Source of the DNA: an uncultured Rikenellaceae bacterium
GTDB taxonomy: Bacteria > Bacteroidota > Bacteroidia > Bacteroidales > VadinHA17
Length of the DNA stretch: 64,000 bases
Direction of reading: 5' to 3'
NCBI GenBank assembly: GCA_964507015.1
Contig: CAZDOM010000003.1
Coordinates: forward strand, 1,085-65,084
In this document: one piece after another, positions 28,451 to 39,240 of the stretch
Position numbering within the stretch: the stretch's first letter is position 1
Layout of the letters: each line of letters opens with the position of its first letter
Translations under genes and position numbers: made by a program
Notes under the pieces: model-generated
What the model was told of the DNA's origin: nothing
Databases searched by the model: none
The model's input: only the letters and a program-made list of their open reading frames with translations

Positions 28451-29338
28451 TTATCCTGTAGTCGGTTTGCGGTTCTGGAACCAAATACCTGTAATTATAA
28501 ACACCAGGCCAACAGGAGTAGTATAATAAACGGGTTCATGAAGGATAAAGTGTATGAATATAAGTGAAAGAAATGGAGCCAGGTATACCAGGTTGCTTAT
28601 CTTATCTGTAGAACCGGCTAACCTGAGAGCTGTAAGCCATAAAAAGAATGTTATTCCCATTTCAAAGATACCTGTATATACTGCAGCAGAGAATCCTCTG
28701 AATGAATACCCTCCAGGTATCCAGTTGCCTGTAACTGCCATGGTGATAATAAGATAGAAAGAACCAAAAAGAAAATTGAGAAATATCTTTACTGCTTCAT
28801 CGCGATGGTCTTTTAAATTTAGAATGAAATAAAAAGCCCAGAAAACAGCACTGCCTGTTGCCAGTAATATACCCCTGATATTTGAGTGATCATTGCCAAA
28901 AAGACTACCCTGCGATGAAATTATGTAAACGCCAATAAAGCTTATAAAGAGAGCAATAAAGCTCTTTCCCTTGATCTTTTGTCCAAGGATTGGAATAGAA
29001 AGGAATACCAGGATTATTGGCCAGATCATATTCAGAGGTTGGGCTACCTGTGCCGGTAGAAGCTGATATGCTCTCAGAAGTATGAGATAATACAGGAAAG
29101 GATTTACTATTCCTAACAATGCTGAGTGCAAAATTTCCCTGCCTGAAGATTTAAGTAAAAGAGCACCCTTTCTTCCTGCCATGAGAATAATAAACAGTAT
29201 GCCTGTTGAGGTGAAAGATGCAATTGCAAGCATGTGGAGAACACTCAGCTCTGAGAGGCTTATTTTAAAGGCTGTCGGTATTGTTGACCAGAAAAGAACT
29301 GCCAGCAGGGCATAGATATATGATAGCCTGGAGGTCAA
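28451..29338 (-). CDS. DMT/EamA family transporter
   Basis: About 10 TM segments in two EamA-like repeats; AQVAQPLNMIWP and YLAPFLS. Confidence 0.88.
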   Translation of the reverse strand: MTSRLSYIYALLAVLFWSTIPTAFKISLSELSVLHMLAIASFTSTGILFIILMAGRKGALLLKSSGREILHSALLGIVNPFLYYLILLRAYQLLPAQVAQPLNMIWPIILVFLSIPILGQKIKGKSFIALFISFIGVYIISSQGSLFGNDHSNIRGILLATGSAVFWAFYFILNLKDHRDEAVKIFLNFLFGSFYLIITMAVTGNWIPGGYSFRGFSAAVYTGIFEMGITFFLWLTALRLAGSTDKISNLVYLAPFLSLIFIHFILHEPVYYTTPVGLVFIITGIWFQNRKPTTG

Positions 29339-30609
29339 TCTATGATTTTATATCCTGTATATGGTACCAGTACTTCAGGGATCACAATTCCTTTATCAGT
29401 TTGGTTGTTCTCAAGAATTGCAGCAACAATTCTAGGAAGTGCAAGTGCACTTCCGTTAAGAGTATGGACCAATCTGGTTTGCTTATCCCCTTTATCTTTA
29501 AACCTGCATTTCAGCCTGTTTGCCTGAAATGATTCAAAATTTGAGACAGAACTCACCTCGAGCCACTGTTTCTGGGCAGCTGACCATACCTCAAAATCGT
29601 AGGTAAGAGAAGAGGTGAAAGACATATCTCCTCCGCAAAGTCTCATAATACGGTACGGAAGGGCAAGCTTAATGATAAGGCTTTCGACGTGGGTTGCCAT
29701 TTCCTCAAGTGATCTGTACGAATTATCAGGATGTGCAATTTGAACAATTTCAACCTTATCAAACTGATGAAGCCTGTTAAGCCCTCTTACATGGGCACCC
29801 CATGAACCTGCTTCCCTTCTGAAACATGGTGTATAGGAAATGTTTTTCAGAGGAAGGTCATCAATACTGAGAATAGTGTCCCTGTAAATATTTGTTACAG
29901 GAACCTCTGCTGTTGGTATCAGGTAGAAATTATCCTGGCTAACATGGTACATCTGTCCATCTTTATCCGGTAGCTGCCCGGTGCCAAAACCCGAATCCTC
30001 ATTTACAATAATTGGAGGCATAAGTTCAGTATATCCTGCCTTTATGCCTTCATCAAGGAAAAAACTTATTAATGCTCTTTCCATCCTGGCTCCCTTGCCT
30101 TTATAAACAGGAAATCCGGCCCCGGTGAGCTTTATCCCCAGATCAAAATCAATAATATCATACTTTTTTATCAGTTCCCAGTGAGGAAGGAATTTATCTG
30201 TTACCGAAGGCATCGAACCTCCTTCCCTGACCTTTACATTATTTTCGGCTCCAACTCCTTCAGGTACTGATTCGTGTGGCAGATTCGGCAGCTTAATTAA
30301 TTCATTTCGCAGCTCTTTTTCGACAGGGATCAGCTTTTCGGACAGAGTCTTTATCTCATCCTTTATTTTATAGGTTTCTGCTTTTGCCGTTTCAGCCTCT
30401 TTTGTGCGGCCTTCTTTCATAAGTGTTCCTATCTCTTTCGAAATCCTGTTCATATCAGCCTGTCTGGAATCAGCATTGGAGAGTAATTCGCGTCTTGAAA
30501 TATCTAGAGCAAGAATTTTATCGATAATATCTTCTGCATCGAAATTCTTTATTTTAAGACGTTCAATTACAAATTCCCTTTTTTCACGAATAAGGTTTAT
30601 AGTAAGCAT
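29335..30609 (-). CDS. serS: Serine--tRNA ligase
   Basis: N-terminal coiled coil; LIPTAEVP, FRREAGS, RGLNRLHQF and HTLNGSALA. Confidence 0.97.
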   Translation of the reverse strand: MLTINLIREKREFVIERLKIKNFDAEDIIDKILALDISRRELLSNADSRQADMNRISKEIGTLMKEGRTKEAETAKAETYKIKDEIKTLSEKLIPVEKELRNELIKLPNLPHESVPEGVGAENNVKVREGGSMPSVTDKFLPHWELIKKYDIIDFDLGIKLTGAGFPVYKGKGARMERALISFFLDEGIKAGYTELMPPIIVNEDSGFGTGQLPDKDGQMYHVSQDNFYLIPTAEVPVTNIYRDTILSIDDLPLKNISYTPCFRREAGSWGAHVRGLNRLHQFDKVEIVQIAHPDNSYRSLEEMATHVESLIIKLALPYRIMRLCGGDMSFTSSLTYDFEVWSAAQKQWLEVSSVSNFESFQANRLKCRFKDKGDKQTRLVHTLNGSALALPRIVAAILENNQTDKGIVIPEVLVPYTGYKIID

Positions 30610-30632
30610 TGTGATTTGAAATAATCATTAAT

Positions 30633-30660
30633 AAAAAAAGCAGGCACAAGAATGCCTGCT
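30633..30660 (-). terminator. Intrinsic terminator after rplU-rpmA
   Basis: AGCAGGCA / TGCCTGCT stem with a 6 nt loop, followed by a T7 run on the minus strand. Confidence 0.75.
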
Positions 30661-30737
30661 GTAAAATTATTAAAAACTCCCGATAATGCTTTTAATAATG
30701 ATAAAAGAATTTAGGGAGCAGAGTCTTTGATATGAGG

Positions 30738-30998
30738 TTAATTATTTACAGGTTTAACCGAAACGTATGATTTGTTGCTTTTTCTTTTTGTGAATTCAAC
30801 CTCTCCATCGATAAGAGCATACAGAGTATGGTCCTTACCAAGTCCCACATTAAGACCAGGATTATGTTTTGTGCCTCTCTGGCGGATAATTATATTGCCA
30901 GCTTTCACAACGCTTCCGCCGAAAATTTTGACACCCAGTCTTTTACTCTGGGAATCGCGTCCGTTGCGTGAACTGCCTGCTCCTTTTTTGTGTGCCAT
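30738..30998 (-). CDS. rpmA: 50S ribosomal protein L27
   Basis: [16 protein letters not shown]...RQRGTK. Confidence 0.98.
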   Translation of the reverse strand: MAHKKGAGSSRNGRDSQSKRLGVKIFGGSVVKAGNIIIRQRGTKHNPGLNVGLGKDHTLYALIDGEVEFTKRKSNKSYVSVKPVNN

Positions 30999-31028
30999 GA
31001 TTGATAGTTATTTATGATAATTAAAATT

Positions 31029-31568
31029 TTATTTTGACGATTTGCCTTTTGGTGCTTTCTTCTCAGTAGTTTTTTTTGCTGCCGGCTTTTTTTCTGTTGT
31101 TTTCTTTTCAACAGCTTTCTTTGGTGCAGCCGGCGCTTTTTTAGCTACACTCTTTTTTGCTGCAGGTTTCTTTACAGTACTCTTTTTCTCTTCAGCAGTC
31201 TCAACTTTTAAGGGAGCTGCTGTCTCTTCCTTTGCAGGTTCTTTTTTGGGTATCCTCTTTTCGTTTATGCTTAATATCTCAACCTGTGAAAAATTCTGCC
31301 GATGTCCTTTTTTAATCCGGTATCCCTTTCTCCTTTTTTTCTTGAAGACCATAACTTTATCACCTTTAACCTGGTCGAGTATCTTACCCTCAACAACAGC
31401 ATCTTTGATCACAGGTTCACCAATGGTTATTTTACCATCATCATCAATTAAAAGAACTCTGTTAAATTCAACTGTTGTCCCGTTTTCTGCATCAAGACGG
31501 TGGACAAATATTTTCTTGCCCTTTTCTACTTTAAACTGCTGCCCTGCAATTTCAACTATTGCGTACAT
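31029..31568 (-). CDS. rplU: 50S ribosomal protein L21 with Lys/Ala-rich C-terminal extension
   Basis: MYAIVEIAGQQFKV...FKKKRRKGY...GHRQ core of about 103 aa, plus about 76 aa of KKPAAKK-type tail. Confidence 0.96.
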   Translation of the reverse strand: MYAIVEIAGQQFKVEKGKKIFVHRLDAENGTTVEFNRVLLIDDDGKITIGEPVIKDAVVEGKILDQVKGDKVMVFKKKRRKGYRIKKGHRQNFSQVEILSINEKRIPKKEPAKEETAAPLKVETAEEKKSTVKKPAAKKSVAKKAPAAPKKAVEKKTTEKKPAAKKTTEKKAPKGKSSK

Positions 31569-31655
31569 TTTTTGTCTTTTATGTTACTCCGTGAGGCGTA
31601 TATGAAAAAGATCATATAACTTCATTTGCACTCAAGCGAATTAAATTTCGGACTG

Positions 31656-31663
31656 CAAAGATA
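31656..31663 (-). promoter_or_regulatory. Sigma-A -7 element for rplU-rpmA
   Basis: Minus-strand TATCTTTG, giving a leader of roughly 80 nt. Confidence 0.6.
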
Positions 31664-31881
31664 TATAAATTCAGTTATTTTCAAACCTGCAGCTCTATTT
31701 TTTGTATGGAAAATGTAGCCGGAAGAATCCTGATATAACAATCCTAAGTGAACACTAAGGGAATAATGATAGTTATGATGTTGAAAAGATATTTTGACTG
31801 TACAGATACTTCTATTATCTTTATATTTGTTGTCTGAAGCGGAACATATTAGCCTATATTATTGGCACATAACAATTTATT

Positions 31882-32475
31882 ATGAGAAGAGTAAAGCTTA
31901 AGGTAATGGGGATCTCATACAGCCAGACTCAATCGGGAGCCTATGCTCTGATTTTGATAGAAGAGAACGGAGAGAGGAGAATTCCTATAATAATTGGCGG
32001 TTTTGAAGCTCAGGCAATTGTTATCAAACTTGAAAATCTTGAACCACCCAGGCCACTTACTCACGATCTTATAAAAATAATTGCCGATCAATTTGATATA
32101 ACAATCATTGAAGTGGTAATACATAAGCTCGAAGATGGAGTATTCTTTTCAAGACTCATTTGCAATAATGGAGAGAAGGAATATTCAATTGACAGCAGGA
32201 CATCCGATGCAGTGGCAATAGCTTTAAGGTTCGGATGCCCGATATATATCGATGAAGAGATCCTTGAAAGGGCGCAGCTGACAAATGCTCCTTCAGAAAC
32301 AGAATTGTCGGTTAAAGATGAAGATGGAAATATCCAGGAATCAAGTCCCAAATATGCCAAATATTCGGATGAGGAACTTTATAAAATGATTGATGAATCA
32401 GTAAAAACAGAAGATTATGAACAGGCAGCTGCCATCCGGGATGAGATAGAAAAGAGGAAAAAGAAAAAACAATAG
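31882..32475 (+). CDS. Bifunctional nuclease family (DUF151) + UVR domain protein
   Basis: [19 protein letters not shown] and [12 protein letters not shown]; C-terminal [13 protein letters not shown]. Confidence 0.9.
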   Translation: MRRVKLKVMGISYSQTQSGAYALILIEENGERRIPIIIGGFEAQAIVIKLENLEPPRPLTHDLIKIIADQFDITIIEVVIHKLEDGVFFSRLICNNGEKEYSIDSRTSDAVAIALRFGCPIYIDEEILERAQLTNAPSETELSVKDEDGNIQESSPKYAKYSDEELYKMIDESVKTEDYEQAAAIRDEIEKRKKKKQ

Positions 32476-32477
32476 GG

Positions 32478-33272
32478 ATGAAGCAATATTTTGAGCTTCT
32501 CGATCATGTACTGAAAACGGGAACTAATAAACAGGACAGAACAGGAACAGGGACAATAAGTGTTTTTGGTTACCAGATGAGATTTAACCTCGAAGAGGGT
32601 TTTCCGTTACTGACTACAAAAAAGCTGCACCTGAAATCAATAATACATGAATTGCTCTGGTTCATTTCAGGCGATACCAATATCAGGTATCTTAATAATA
32701 ATGGAGTGACTATCTGGAATGAATGGGCTGGTGAAGATGGCAATCTCGGACCTGTATACGGCTACCAGTGGAGATCCTGGCCCGCTGAAGAAAACAGAAA
32801 GATTGACCAGCTGTCAAATGTTATTGAAGCTATAAAAAAATCGCCGGACTCACGACGTCATATAGTAAGTGCCTGGAACGTGGGAGAATTAGACAAGATG
32901 GCTCTGCCTCCCTGTCATGTAATGTTTCAGTTCTATGTTGCAGCGGGTAGGCTGTCATGCCAGCTTTACCAGAGAAGCTGTGATATTTTCATAGGAGTGC
33001 CATTCAATATTGCATCTTATGCGCTTCTGACAATGATGATAGCGCAGGCAACAGGTTACAAACCAGGTGACTTCGTCCATACACTGGGCGATGCACATAT
33101 CTACCTTAATCATATAGACCAGGTAAGATTGCAGCTTACACGCGAACCCTATCCATTACCACAGATGATTATCAATCCATCGGTGAAGGATATATTTAAG
33201 TTCCGTTACGAAGACTTTAAACTTGTGAATTATGTATCTCATCCTCATTTAAAGGGAGATATTTCAATATAA
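32478..33272 (+). CDS. thyA: Thymidylate synthase
   Basis: [22 protein letters not shown] and QRSCD...FN. Confidence 0.98.
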   Translation: MKQYFELLDHVLKTGTNKQDRTGTGTISVFGYQMRFNLEEGFPLLTTKKLHLKSIIHELLWFISGDTNIRYLNNNGVTIWNEWAGEDGNLGPVYGYQWRSWPAEENRKIDQLSNVIEAIKKSPDSRRHIVSAWNVGELDKMALPPCHVMFQFYVAAGRLSCQLYQRSCDIFIGVPFNIASYALLTMMIAQATGYKPGDFVHTLGDAHIYLNHIDQVRLQLTREPYPLPQMIINPSVKDIFKFRYEDFKLVNYVSHPHLKGDISI

Positions 33273-33283
33273 TTCTGTTCCTT

Positions 33284-33781
33284 ATGATCTCAATAATTGT
33301 TGCTGTTTCAGAAGACCTTGGTATAGGGAAAGACAATGAGCTTTTATGGAACCTCCCGGAAGACATGAAGAGGTTTAAAAAGATCACGTTTGGTAAAACA
33401 GTGATAATGGGAAGAAAAACCTGGGAATCACTGCCTAAGAAACCTCTTCCGGGAAGAAAGAATGTTGTTATTACTGACATACCCTATGATGATTTTCCGG
33501 GTGCGGTGACAGCATATTCAATAGAAGATGCATTGAATAAATGTGAAAGTAAGGAGGAGATATTCATTATAGGCGGCGGAAGCATTTACTCTCAGTTTAT
33601 GCCACTTGCCGACAGACTTATTGTTACGCACGTACATAGGAAGGCCCCAGCAGATGTCTTTTTCCCGGAAATAGACCCACATGTCTGGGAAGTCATTGAA
33701 AAGGAAGAGCATAAGACTGTTTGCAGTAATGATATTCCATATATTTTTACTATTTACGAAAGAAAAGGAATTCCTTTTTAA
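33284..33781 (+). CDS. folA: Dihydrofolate reductase
   Basis: IGKDNELLWNLPEDMKRFK, IMGRKTWES, LPGRKN and IIGGGSIY. Confidence 0.96.
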   Translation: MISIIVAVSEDLGIGKDNELLWNLPEDMKRFKKITFGKTVIMGRKTWESLPKKPLPGRKNVVITDIPYDDFPGAVTAYSIEDALNKCESKEEIFIIGGGSIYSQFMPLADRLIVTHVHRKAPADVFFPEIDPHVWEVIEKEEHKTVCSNDIPYIFTIYERKGIPF

Positions 33782-33881
33782 ACCTTGTTATTGAAGCCAC
33801 ACTGACAGTTGGAAGGCTGACATTACCTGATAACCAATCTATAGAGCGTTCATTTGCATACCTGGAGGAATGGACAGCCTG

Positions 33882-35099
33882 TTACGACGCTTTCAGCATC
33901 GTCACATCAATTCTTTCAAGCTTACTTGATGCATAATCGACAGTAATTTTCAGCTCATTCTTTTCTTTTGAGGGCATTTCATACATGGCATCGAGCATTA
34001 TCGTTTCGCATATCGACCTTAGACCACGTGCTCCAAGCTTGAACTCAATCGCTTTATTAACTATGAAATCGAGAACACCATCAGCAAAGCTTAGCTCGAT
34101 ATTATCCATTTTGAACAGTTTGATATATTGCTTTACCAGAGCATTCTTTGGTTCAGTGAGAATAGCCCTCAGTGCATCCTTGTCAAGAGGATCAAGATGT
34201 GTCACTACCGGAAGTCTTCCAATGATTTCAGGAATAAGTCCGTAAGCTCTGAGGTCCTGTGGAGCAATATATTGAAGAAGATTATCCTTGTCGACCTTAT
34301 TCCTGATCTTTGAAGCTCCGTAGCCAACTATCTGAGTATTAAGCCTGTTAGCAATCTTTTTTTCAATACCTACAAATGCTCCACCGCATATAAAAAGGAT
34401 GTTCTTTGTGTCGACAGGTATCATTTTTTGTTCCGGATGTTTGCGACCACCCTGGGGCGGTACATTTACTATTGACCCCTCAAGCAGTTTAAGCAGACCC
34501 TGCTGTACTCCTTCTCCCGATACATCTCTTGTTATAGAAGGATTATCTCCCTCTTTTCTGGCAATTTTATCTATCTCATCGATAAATATAATACCCTTTT
34601 CTGCTGCTTTTACGTCATATTCAGCATTCTGAAGAAGCCTTGTAAGAAGGCTTTCAATATCTTCACCAACATAGCCGGCTTCAGTAAGTACTGTTGCATC
34701 AACAATTGCAAACGGAACATGAAGCATTTTTGCTACAGTTTTTGCCAGGAGAGTTTTCCCGGTACCTGTTTCTCCAGCCAGGATAATATTTGACTTTTCT
34801 ATTTCAATATCGTCCTCATCGGGCTTTTGCATAAGCCGTTTATAATGATTGTATACAGCCACGGATATAATCTTTTTAGCCATATCCTGACCAATGACAT
34901 ACTGATCAAGAAAACTCTTGATCTCAGAAGGTTTCAGGAGGTTAATTGTATCGAACCGAATACTTTTCTTTGCGCCGAGCTCTTCGTTCATTATACTGTA
35001 AGCCTGCTCAATGCAGTGGTCACATATATGGCCTTCCAGCCCGGCAACAAGCATATTGGCCTCCTTTTTTGTTCTGCCGCAGAATGAACACTTATCCAT
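33882..35099 (-). CDS. clpX: ATP-dependent Clp protease ATPase subunit ClpX
   Basis: C4 zinc finger CSFC...[21 protein letters not shown] and [10 protein letters not shown]. Confidence 0.98.
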   Translation of the reverse strand: MDKCSFCGRTKKEANMLVAGLEGHICDHCIEQAYSIMNEELGAKKSIRFDTINLLKPSEIKSFLDQYVIGQDMAKKIISVAVYNHYKRLMQKPDEDDIEIEKSNIILAGETGTGKTLLAKTVAKMLHVPFAIVDATVLTEAGYVGEDIESLLTRLLQNAEYDVKAAEKGIIFIDEIDKIARKEGDNPSITRDVSGEGVQQGLLKLLEGSIVNVPPQGGRKHPEQKMIPVDTKNILFICGGAFVGIEKKIANRLNTQIVGYGASKIRNKVDKDNLLQYIAPQDLRAYGLIPEIIGRLPVVTHLDPLDKDALRAILTEPKNALVKQYIKLFKMDNIELSFADGVLDFIVNKAIEFKLGARGLRSICETIMLDAMYEMPSKEKNELKITVDYASSKLERIDVTMLKAS

Positions 35100-35104
35100 T
35101 TTTG

Positions 35105-35782
35105 CTAATGTTCTGTTTTTTCGAGGATCTCGTCAATCATCCCGTAATCTTTAGCCTCATTTGAAGTCATCCAATGATCTCTGTCAGAATCCTTTTCGAC
35201 TTTATCAACCGAGTTACCCGAGTGCAGGGCAATAATCTCGTATAGTTCTCTTTTCAGCTTAAGAATTTCACGTGCCTGGATTTCGATATCTGATGCCTGA
35301 CCCTCAACGCCACCCATCGGCTGGTGGATCATAATCCGTGAATGTTTCAAGGCTGATCTTTTCCCTTTTTTACCAGCTGTAAGCAGTACTGCTCCCATGG
35401 AGGCAGCCATTCCGGTACAGATTGTAGCTATATCGGCAGAAATATACTGCATGGTATCATAAATGCCCAGCCCGGCACTTACCGAACCACCAGGAGTGTT
35501 AAAATAAATCTGTATATCTTTTCCCGGATCGGATGAATCGAGATAAAGAAGTTGAGCCTGTATAATATTGGCTACATAATCGTCGATGGGGAGGCCGAGA
35601 AATATTATCCTGTCCATCATCAGCCTGGAAAATACATCCATGGATGCTATATTCAACTGTCTCTCCTCAATGATAGTAGGGGATATGTAACTGCTCCAAA
35701 TGGATGAGAACCTGTGCAGTGTCAGACTGCTGATACCAAATTTGCTTCTTGAATATTTTGCGAAATCGTCAATATTACTCAT
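35105..35782 (-). CDS. clpP: Clp protease proteolytic subunit
   Basis: [25 protein letters not shown] and IMIHQP. Confidence 0.97.
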   Translation of the reverse strand: MSNIDDFAKYSRSKFGISSLTLHRFSSIWSSYISPTIIEERQLNIASMDVFSRLMMDRIIFLGLPIDDYVANIIQAQLLYLDSSDPGKDIQIYFNTPGGSVSAGLGIYDTMQYISADIATICTGMAASMGAVLLTAGKKGKRSALKHSRIMIHQPMGGVEGQASDIEIQAREILKLKRELYEIIALHSGNSVDKVEKDSDRDHWMTSNEAKDYGMIDEILEKTEH

Positions 35783-35807
35783 TTTATTACTTTTTGAATT
35801 TAAAAAA

Positions 35808-35815
35808 CAAAGATA
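35808..35815 (-). promoter_or_regulatory. Internal -7 element upstream of clpP
   Basis: Minus-strand TATCTTTG in the tig-clpP gap. Confidence 0.5.
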
Positions 35816-35850
35816 AAGAAATTATAATTATCACTGCAATACACTGATTA

Positions 35851-37200
35851 CTATTCAAAAAGCTTGTTGAACTTTTCGACCGTGATATTTTTACTGTCTA
35901 TTTTTACAATATCTTTCAGCAGTGTAATAACTTTATCTTCTAGTATCTTATCAGCAATTCTTTTAGCATCATCCTCTTTTTTCAAGGTTTCCCTGGCATA
36001 ATTTGTGATCTGTTCATCCGTAGCATAGAACAATCCATATTGCTGAAACTGGTACCGGGTAATTTTTTCTGCTTCTGTCAGCAGCTCTTCTTCGGTAATC
36101 TTCAGCTCATTATCTTTAGCAACTTTGTTGCGTATAAGTTGCCATTTCAGGTCTTTTCTGAAGTTATCAAACTCCTTTTCTATCTGTTCCCCGGTGGTGT
36201 TTTCATTTACTTTAAGCAACCATTTTTTAAGAAAATCTTCGGGAAGTTGCAGATCTGTTTTATCAATCACCATGTTTTTAATATCCAGCATCAGTTTGTA
36301 ATCGCTTTCACGCCGGAGACCTGCTGCAATCTCCTCTTCTATTTTATTTTTGAATTCCTCGTCGGAGTTGACGACTCCTTCCCCGTAAATACGGTTAAAT
36401 AGATCTGTTCCGATCTCTGCAGGGTAAAACCTTGTTATTTCACTGATTGTAAACCTGAATTTACCATCAATATCTTTAACCTCCTCCTTTTTTATTTTTA
36501 GCAATCCGGCAATTTCATTCTCATTTGGAAATGCTTTTCTGATATCGAAATCAATAAAATCATTAACATTTTTACCAATAAAACTCTTCTTGATCTTATC
36601 ATCATTAATAATATCAACAGCCAGTGTTGCATCTTCAGCAATATGACCTTCAGGCAGACTTTCCCCGTTCTTATCAATAGCTTCGATTCTGCCTTTAAGG
36701 ATATCCTTATCTTCTGACAGATCACTTTTTTTGAATTCTCCGAACCTGCGTGTATAGTTTTCAATATGATCTTTTCTCATCTTTTCATCAATGATAATAT
36801 CATAGGAAGTAACCTTGTTTTTTTTGGAGACATTGATTTCTACTGCCGGTGCTATTCCAATCTCAAAAGTAAAGTCAAAAGCCTCCTGAGTTTCATAGTT
36901 AATATTTTTAAGTTCATCAGTTTTTGGAAGAGGATCCCCAAGTATATTAAGATTCTCATCAGTAAGATATTTATGGATGTTTTCAGAAACAACTTTGTTG
37001 ATCTCGTCAACCTTTACAGCATTTCCGTACATTTTTCTTATAAGTCCTATTGGCACCATCCCGGGACGGAATCCTTTTATATTTGCCTTTTTCCGATAGT
37101 CCCTAAGAACATGTTCAACTTTATCCTCATAATCTTCTTTAGTGATTTTGATTTTAAGAATCGCGTTAAGATCATCAATGTTTTCTCTGTTAATATCCAT
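35851..37200 (-). CDS. tig: Trigger factor
   Basis: IKGFRPGMVP ribosome-binding signature. True start is MDINRENID at 37200; the longer computed ORF runs into the tRNA. Confidence 0.93.
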   Translation of the reverse strand: MDINRENIDDLNAILKIKITKEDYEDKVEHVLRDYRKKANIKGFRPGMVPIGLIRKMYGNAVKVDEINKVVSENIHKYLTDENLNILGDPLPKTDELKNINYETQEAFDFTFEIGIAPAVEINVSKKNKVTSYDIIIDEKMRKDHIENYTRRFGEFKKSDLSEDKDILKGRIEAIDKNGESLPEGHIAEDATLAVDIINDDKIKKSFIGKNVNDFIDFDIRKAFPNENEIAGLLKIKKEEVKDIDGKFRFTISEITRFYPAEIGTDLFNRIYGEGVVNSDEEFKNKIEEEIAAGLRRESDYKLMLDIKNMVIDKTDLQLPEDFLKKWLLKVNENTTGEQIEKEFDNFRKDLKWQLIRNKVAKDNELKITEEELLTEAEKITRYQFQQYGLFYATDEQITNYARETLKKEDDAKRIADKILEDKVITLLKDIVKIDSKNITVEKFNKLFE

Positions 37201-37223
37201 CTTCTGTTGATTTAATACACATT

Positions 37224-37269
37224 TAAAAAAACCGCCAAAACGCACTATTATAGAGGTTAAAGGCGGTTT
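37224..37269 (-). terminator. Terminator-like stem after tRNA-Leu
   Basis: AAACCGCC / GGCGGTTT arms around a 25 nt loop, followed by a T-run on the minus strand. Confidence 0.55.
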
Positions 37270-37279
37270 GTTATTTTTG

Positions 37280-37362
37280 TGCGGATGAAGGGACTCGAAC
37301 CCCCACGTCATAAAGACACAAGATCCTAAATCTTGCTCGGCTACCAATTACGACACATCCGC
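37280..37362 (-). tRNA. tRNA-Leu (anticodon TAG)
   Basis: Acceptor stem GCGGATG/CATCCGC, anticodon arm CAAGA-TTTAGGA-TCTTG, long variable arm, T-loop TTCGAGT. CCA is not encoded (ACAA). Upstream TACCTTTG at 37376-37383. Confidence 0.95.
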
Positions 37363-37413
37363 AATAAATTTTTCGCAAAGGTATAGAAAATAACAATAAT
37401 AACAACCCGGATA

Positions 37414-38139
37414 TTACCTGCGAAGCTCAAACTTAGTCCCAAGATATACTCTTCTTACATGTTCGTCTTCAGCAAGTTGTGTTGAAGTTCCCGACATAAG
37501 TATTTTACCTTCGAAAAGAAGATAGGCTCGATCGGTTATTGAGAGTGTCTCATGAACGTTATGGTCAGTGATAAGAATGCCTATGTTTTTGTTTTTCAGG
37601 TGTGAAACGATATTTTGAATGTCCTCAACTGCAATAGGATCTACTCCTGCAAAAGGTTCATCGAGCAGGATAAACTTTGGTTTCAATGCAAGAGCTCTGG
37701 CAATCTCTGTTCTTCTTCTTTCACCCCCTGAAAGCTGAATTCCTTTACTTTTCCTGATTTTCTGAAGGCCAAATTCACCTAAAAGCGATTCTACCCTTTC
37801 TGCCTGCTCTTTTTTATTAAAATCCGACAACTCAAGCACAGCCTTTAAATTGTCTTCAACCGACAGATTCCGGAAAACCGAAGCTTCCTGTGCCAGATAC
37901 CCTATCCCTTTTCGTGCACGTTTGTAAACAGGGAGAGTTGTTATCTCTTCGTTGTCAAGAAATATGCTGCCCTCCCTTGGCCTTATCAAACCGACTATCA
38001 TATAAAAAGAGGTTGTCTTACCAGCTCCGTTTGGTCCCAGCAAACCAACTATCTCTCCCTGCTCAACTTCTATCGATACATTATCTACTACAGTACGGTT
38101 TCTATATTTTTTAACCAGGTTTTTGGTATATAATTTCAT
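37414..38139 (-). CDS. lptB: LPS export ABC ATPase LptB
   Basis: [36 protein letters not shown] and ITDHNV. Confidence 0.96.
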   Translation of the reverse strand: MKLYTKNLVKKYRNRTVVDNVSIEVEQGEIVGLLGPNGAGKTTSFYMIVGLIRPREGSIFLDNEEITTLPVYKRARKGIGYLAQEASVFRNLSVEDNLKAVLELSDFNKKEQAERVESLLGEFGLQKIRKSKGIQLSGGERRRTEIARALALKPKFILLDEPFAGVDPIAVEDIQNIVSHLKNKNIGILITDHNVHETLSITDRAYLLFEGKILMSGTSTQLAEDEHVRRVYLGTKFELRR

Positions 38140-38147
38140 GTTGAAAA

Positions 38148-39026
38148 TTAATTTGTTGATTTTTCAGTTTTGCCTGTATTATTATCGTCCATAAATTCGG
38201 CATGCTCCTTCTCTTTTTTGCTTATTACCCGTTTTGAGATATGAATACTTATTTCATATAGTATAAGCAGAGGGATACATACAAGCATTTGAGAAAAAAC
38301 ATCAGGAGGAGTTATAATTGCAGCAAGAATTACTATTACGACAATTGAATGCTTCCTGTATTTTCTCATGAATGAGGGTGTAACCAGCCCTATCTTGGTC
38401 AGGAAGAATGTAATGATAGGAAGTTCAAAAACCAGTCCGGTTGCAAGGCATATCGATGATAGTGTTCCAATATATGATCTGATATTTATCTGGTTGGTAA
38501 CATCAGCGCTTATCTCGTAATTGCTGAGGAAATGAATTGATAAAGGAGTAAGGAGAAAATAACCGAAAAGAACACCTGTAAAGAAAAGAAGTGAAGCTGA
38601 GAGAACTGCACCGCGTGTATGTTTTGCTTCATTGGAATGGAGAGCAGGCTGGAGAAACTTCCAGAACTCCCATAACACATAAGGAAAAGCAAGAATAATT
38701 CCTGCAACCATGGCAACGGCAATATGTGTGGTCAGCTGACCCGACATTTTTATATTTATAAGGTTGAAAGGATTAGTATTTATACATAAAAGGTCGGTTT
38801 TTACCAGGTGACCCAGTGCACATAAAAGTCTGTTTGTTATAAAATCAGGATCTTTTGGTGCAAGAATTATTGTATTGAAAATAAAATTTTTAAACATAAA
38901 TGCCACAACCATAAAGACCAGTATGGCCAGTATGGACCTGATAATATGCCACCTTAATTCTTCCAGATGCTCGAGAAATGACATTTCACCACTTCCCTTT
39001 TTCCATTTTTCCCAGTTCAAGGCCAT
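38148..39026 (-). CDS. tatC: Twin-arginine translocase subunit TatC
   Basis: [16 protein letters not shown] and ITPPD motifs; about 6 TM segments. Confidence 0.96.
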   Translation of the reverse strand: MALNWEKWKKGSGEMSFLEHLEELRWHIIRSILAILVFMVVAFMFKNFIFNTIILAPKDPDFITNRLLCALGHLVKTDLLCINTNPFNLINIKMSGQLTTHIAVAMVAGIILAFPYVLWEFWKFLQPALHSNEAKHTRGAVLSASLLFFTGVLFGYFLLTPLSIHFLSNYEISADVTNQINIRSYIGTLSSICLATGLVFELPIITFFLTKIGLVTPSFMRKYRKHSIVVIVILAAIITPPDVFSQMLVCIPLLILYEISIHISKRVISKKEKEHAEFMDDNNTGKTEKSTN

Positions 39027-39240
39027 AGATCTCAGTTGTTATTCAAAAAAATCAGCCTGTAAAGATGATAAAACTTATCGTTCAAAACAATATAAGGTAA
39101 TTGTTACGTTTAATAAAGGCTGAATAAATATGTTAATAATCTAAAAATAATGGTAAATGATCAGGAAATTTATTAATTTAGGATAACTGTTTAAAGTGTA
39201 GGCTTTTGACAGTTATCAAAATTGCCATCCAAAGGTAAAA

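Noticed and set aside
33811-33850. TPP-riboswitch-like fragments (GGCTGA, ACCTGAT, GCG)
   Set aside because: The P2/P3 and closing AGGGA elements are missing, and the site lies between two stop codons rather than 5' of a gene.
37201-37280. tRNA-Leu 3' end as an island insertion site
   Set aside because: The tRNA is followed directly by tig-clpP-clpX, a conserved arrangement. No duplicated tRNA 3' end or integrase is present in the window.
37201-37347. 49 aa N-terminal extension of trigger factor in the ORF track
   Set aside because: It overlaps tRNA-Leu and its terminator. The real start is the Met at 37200.
39121-39134. ARG-box-like TGAATAAATATGTT upstream of recQ/tatC
   Set aside because: A single imperfect half-site in AT-rich DNA, with no partner at canonical spacing and no functional link.
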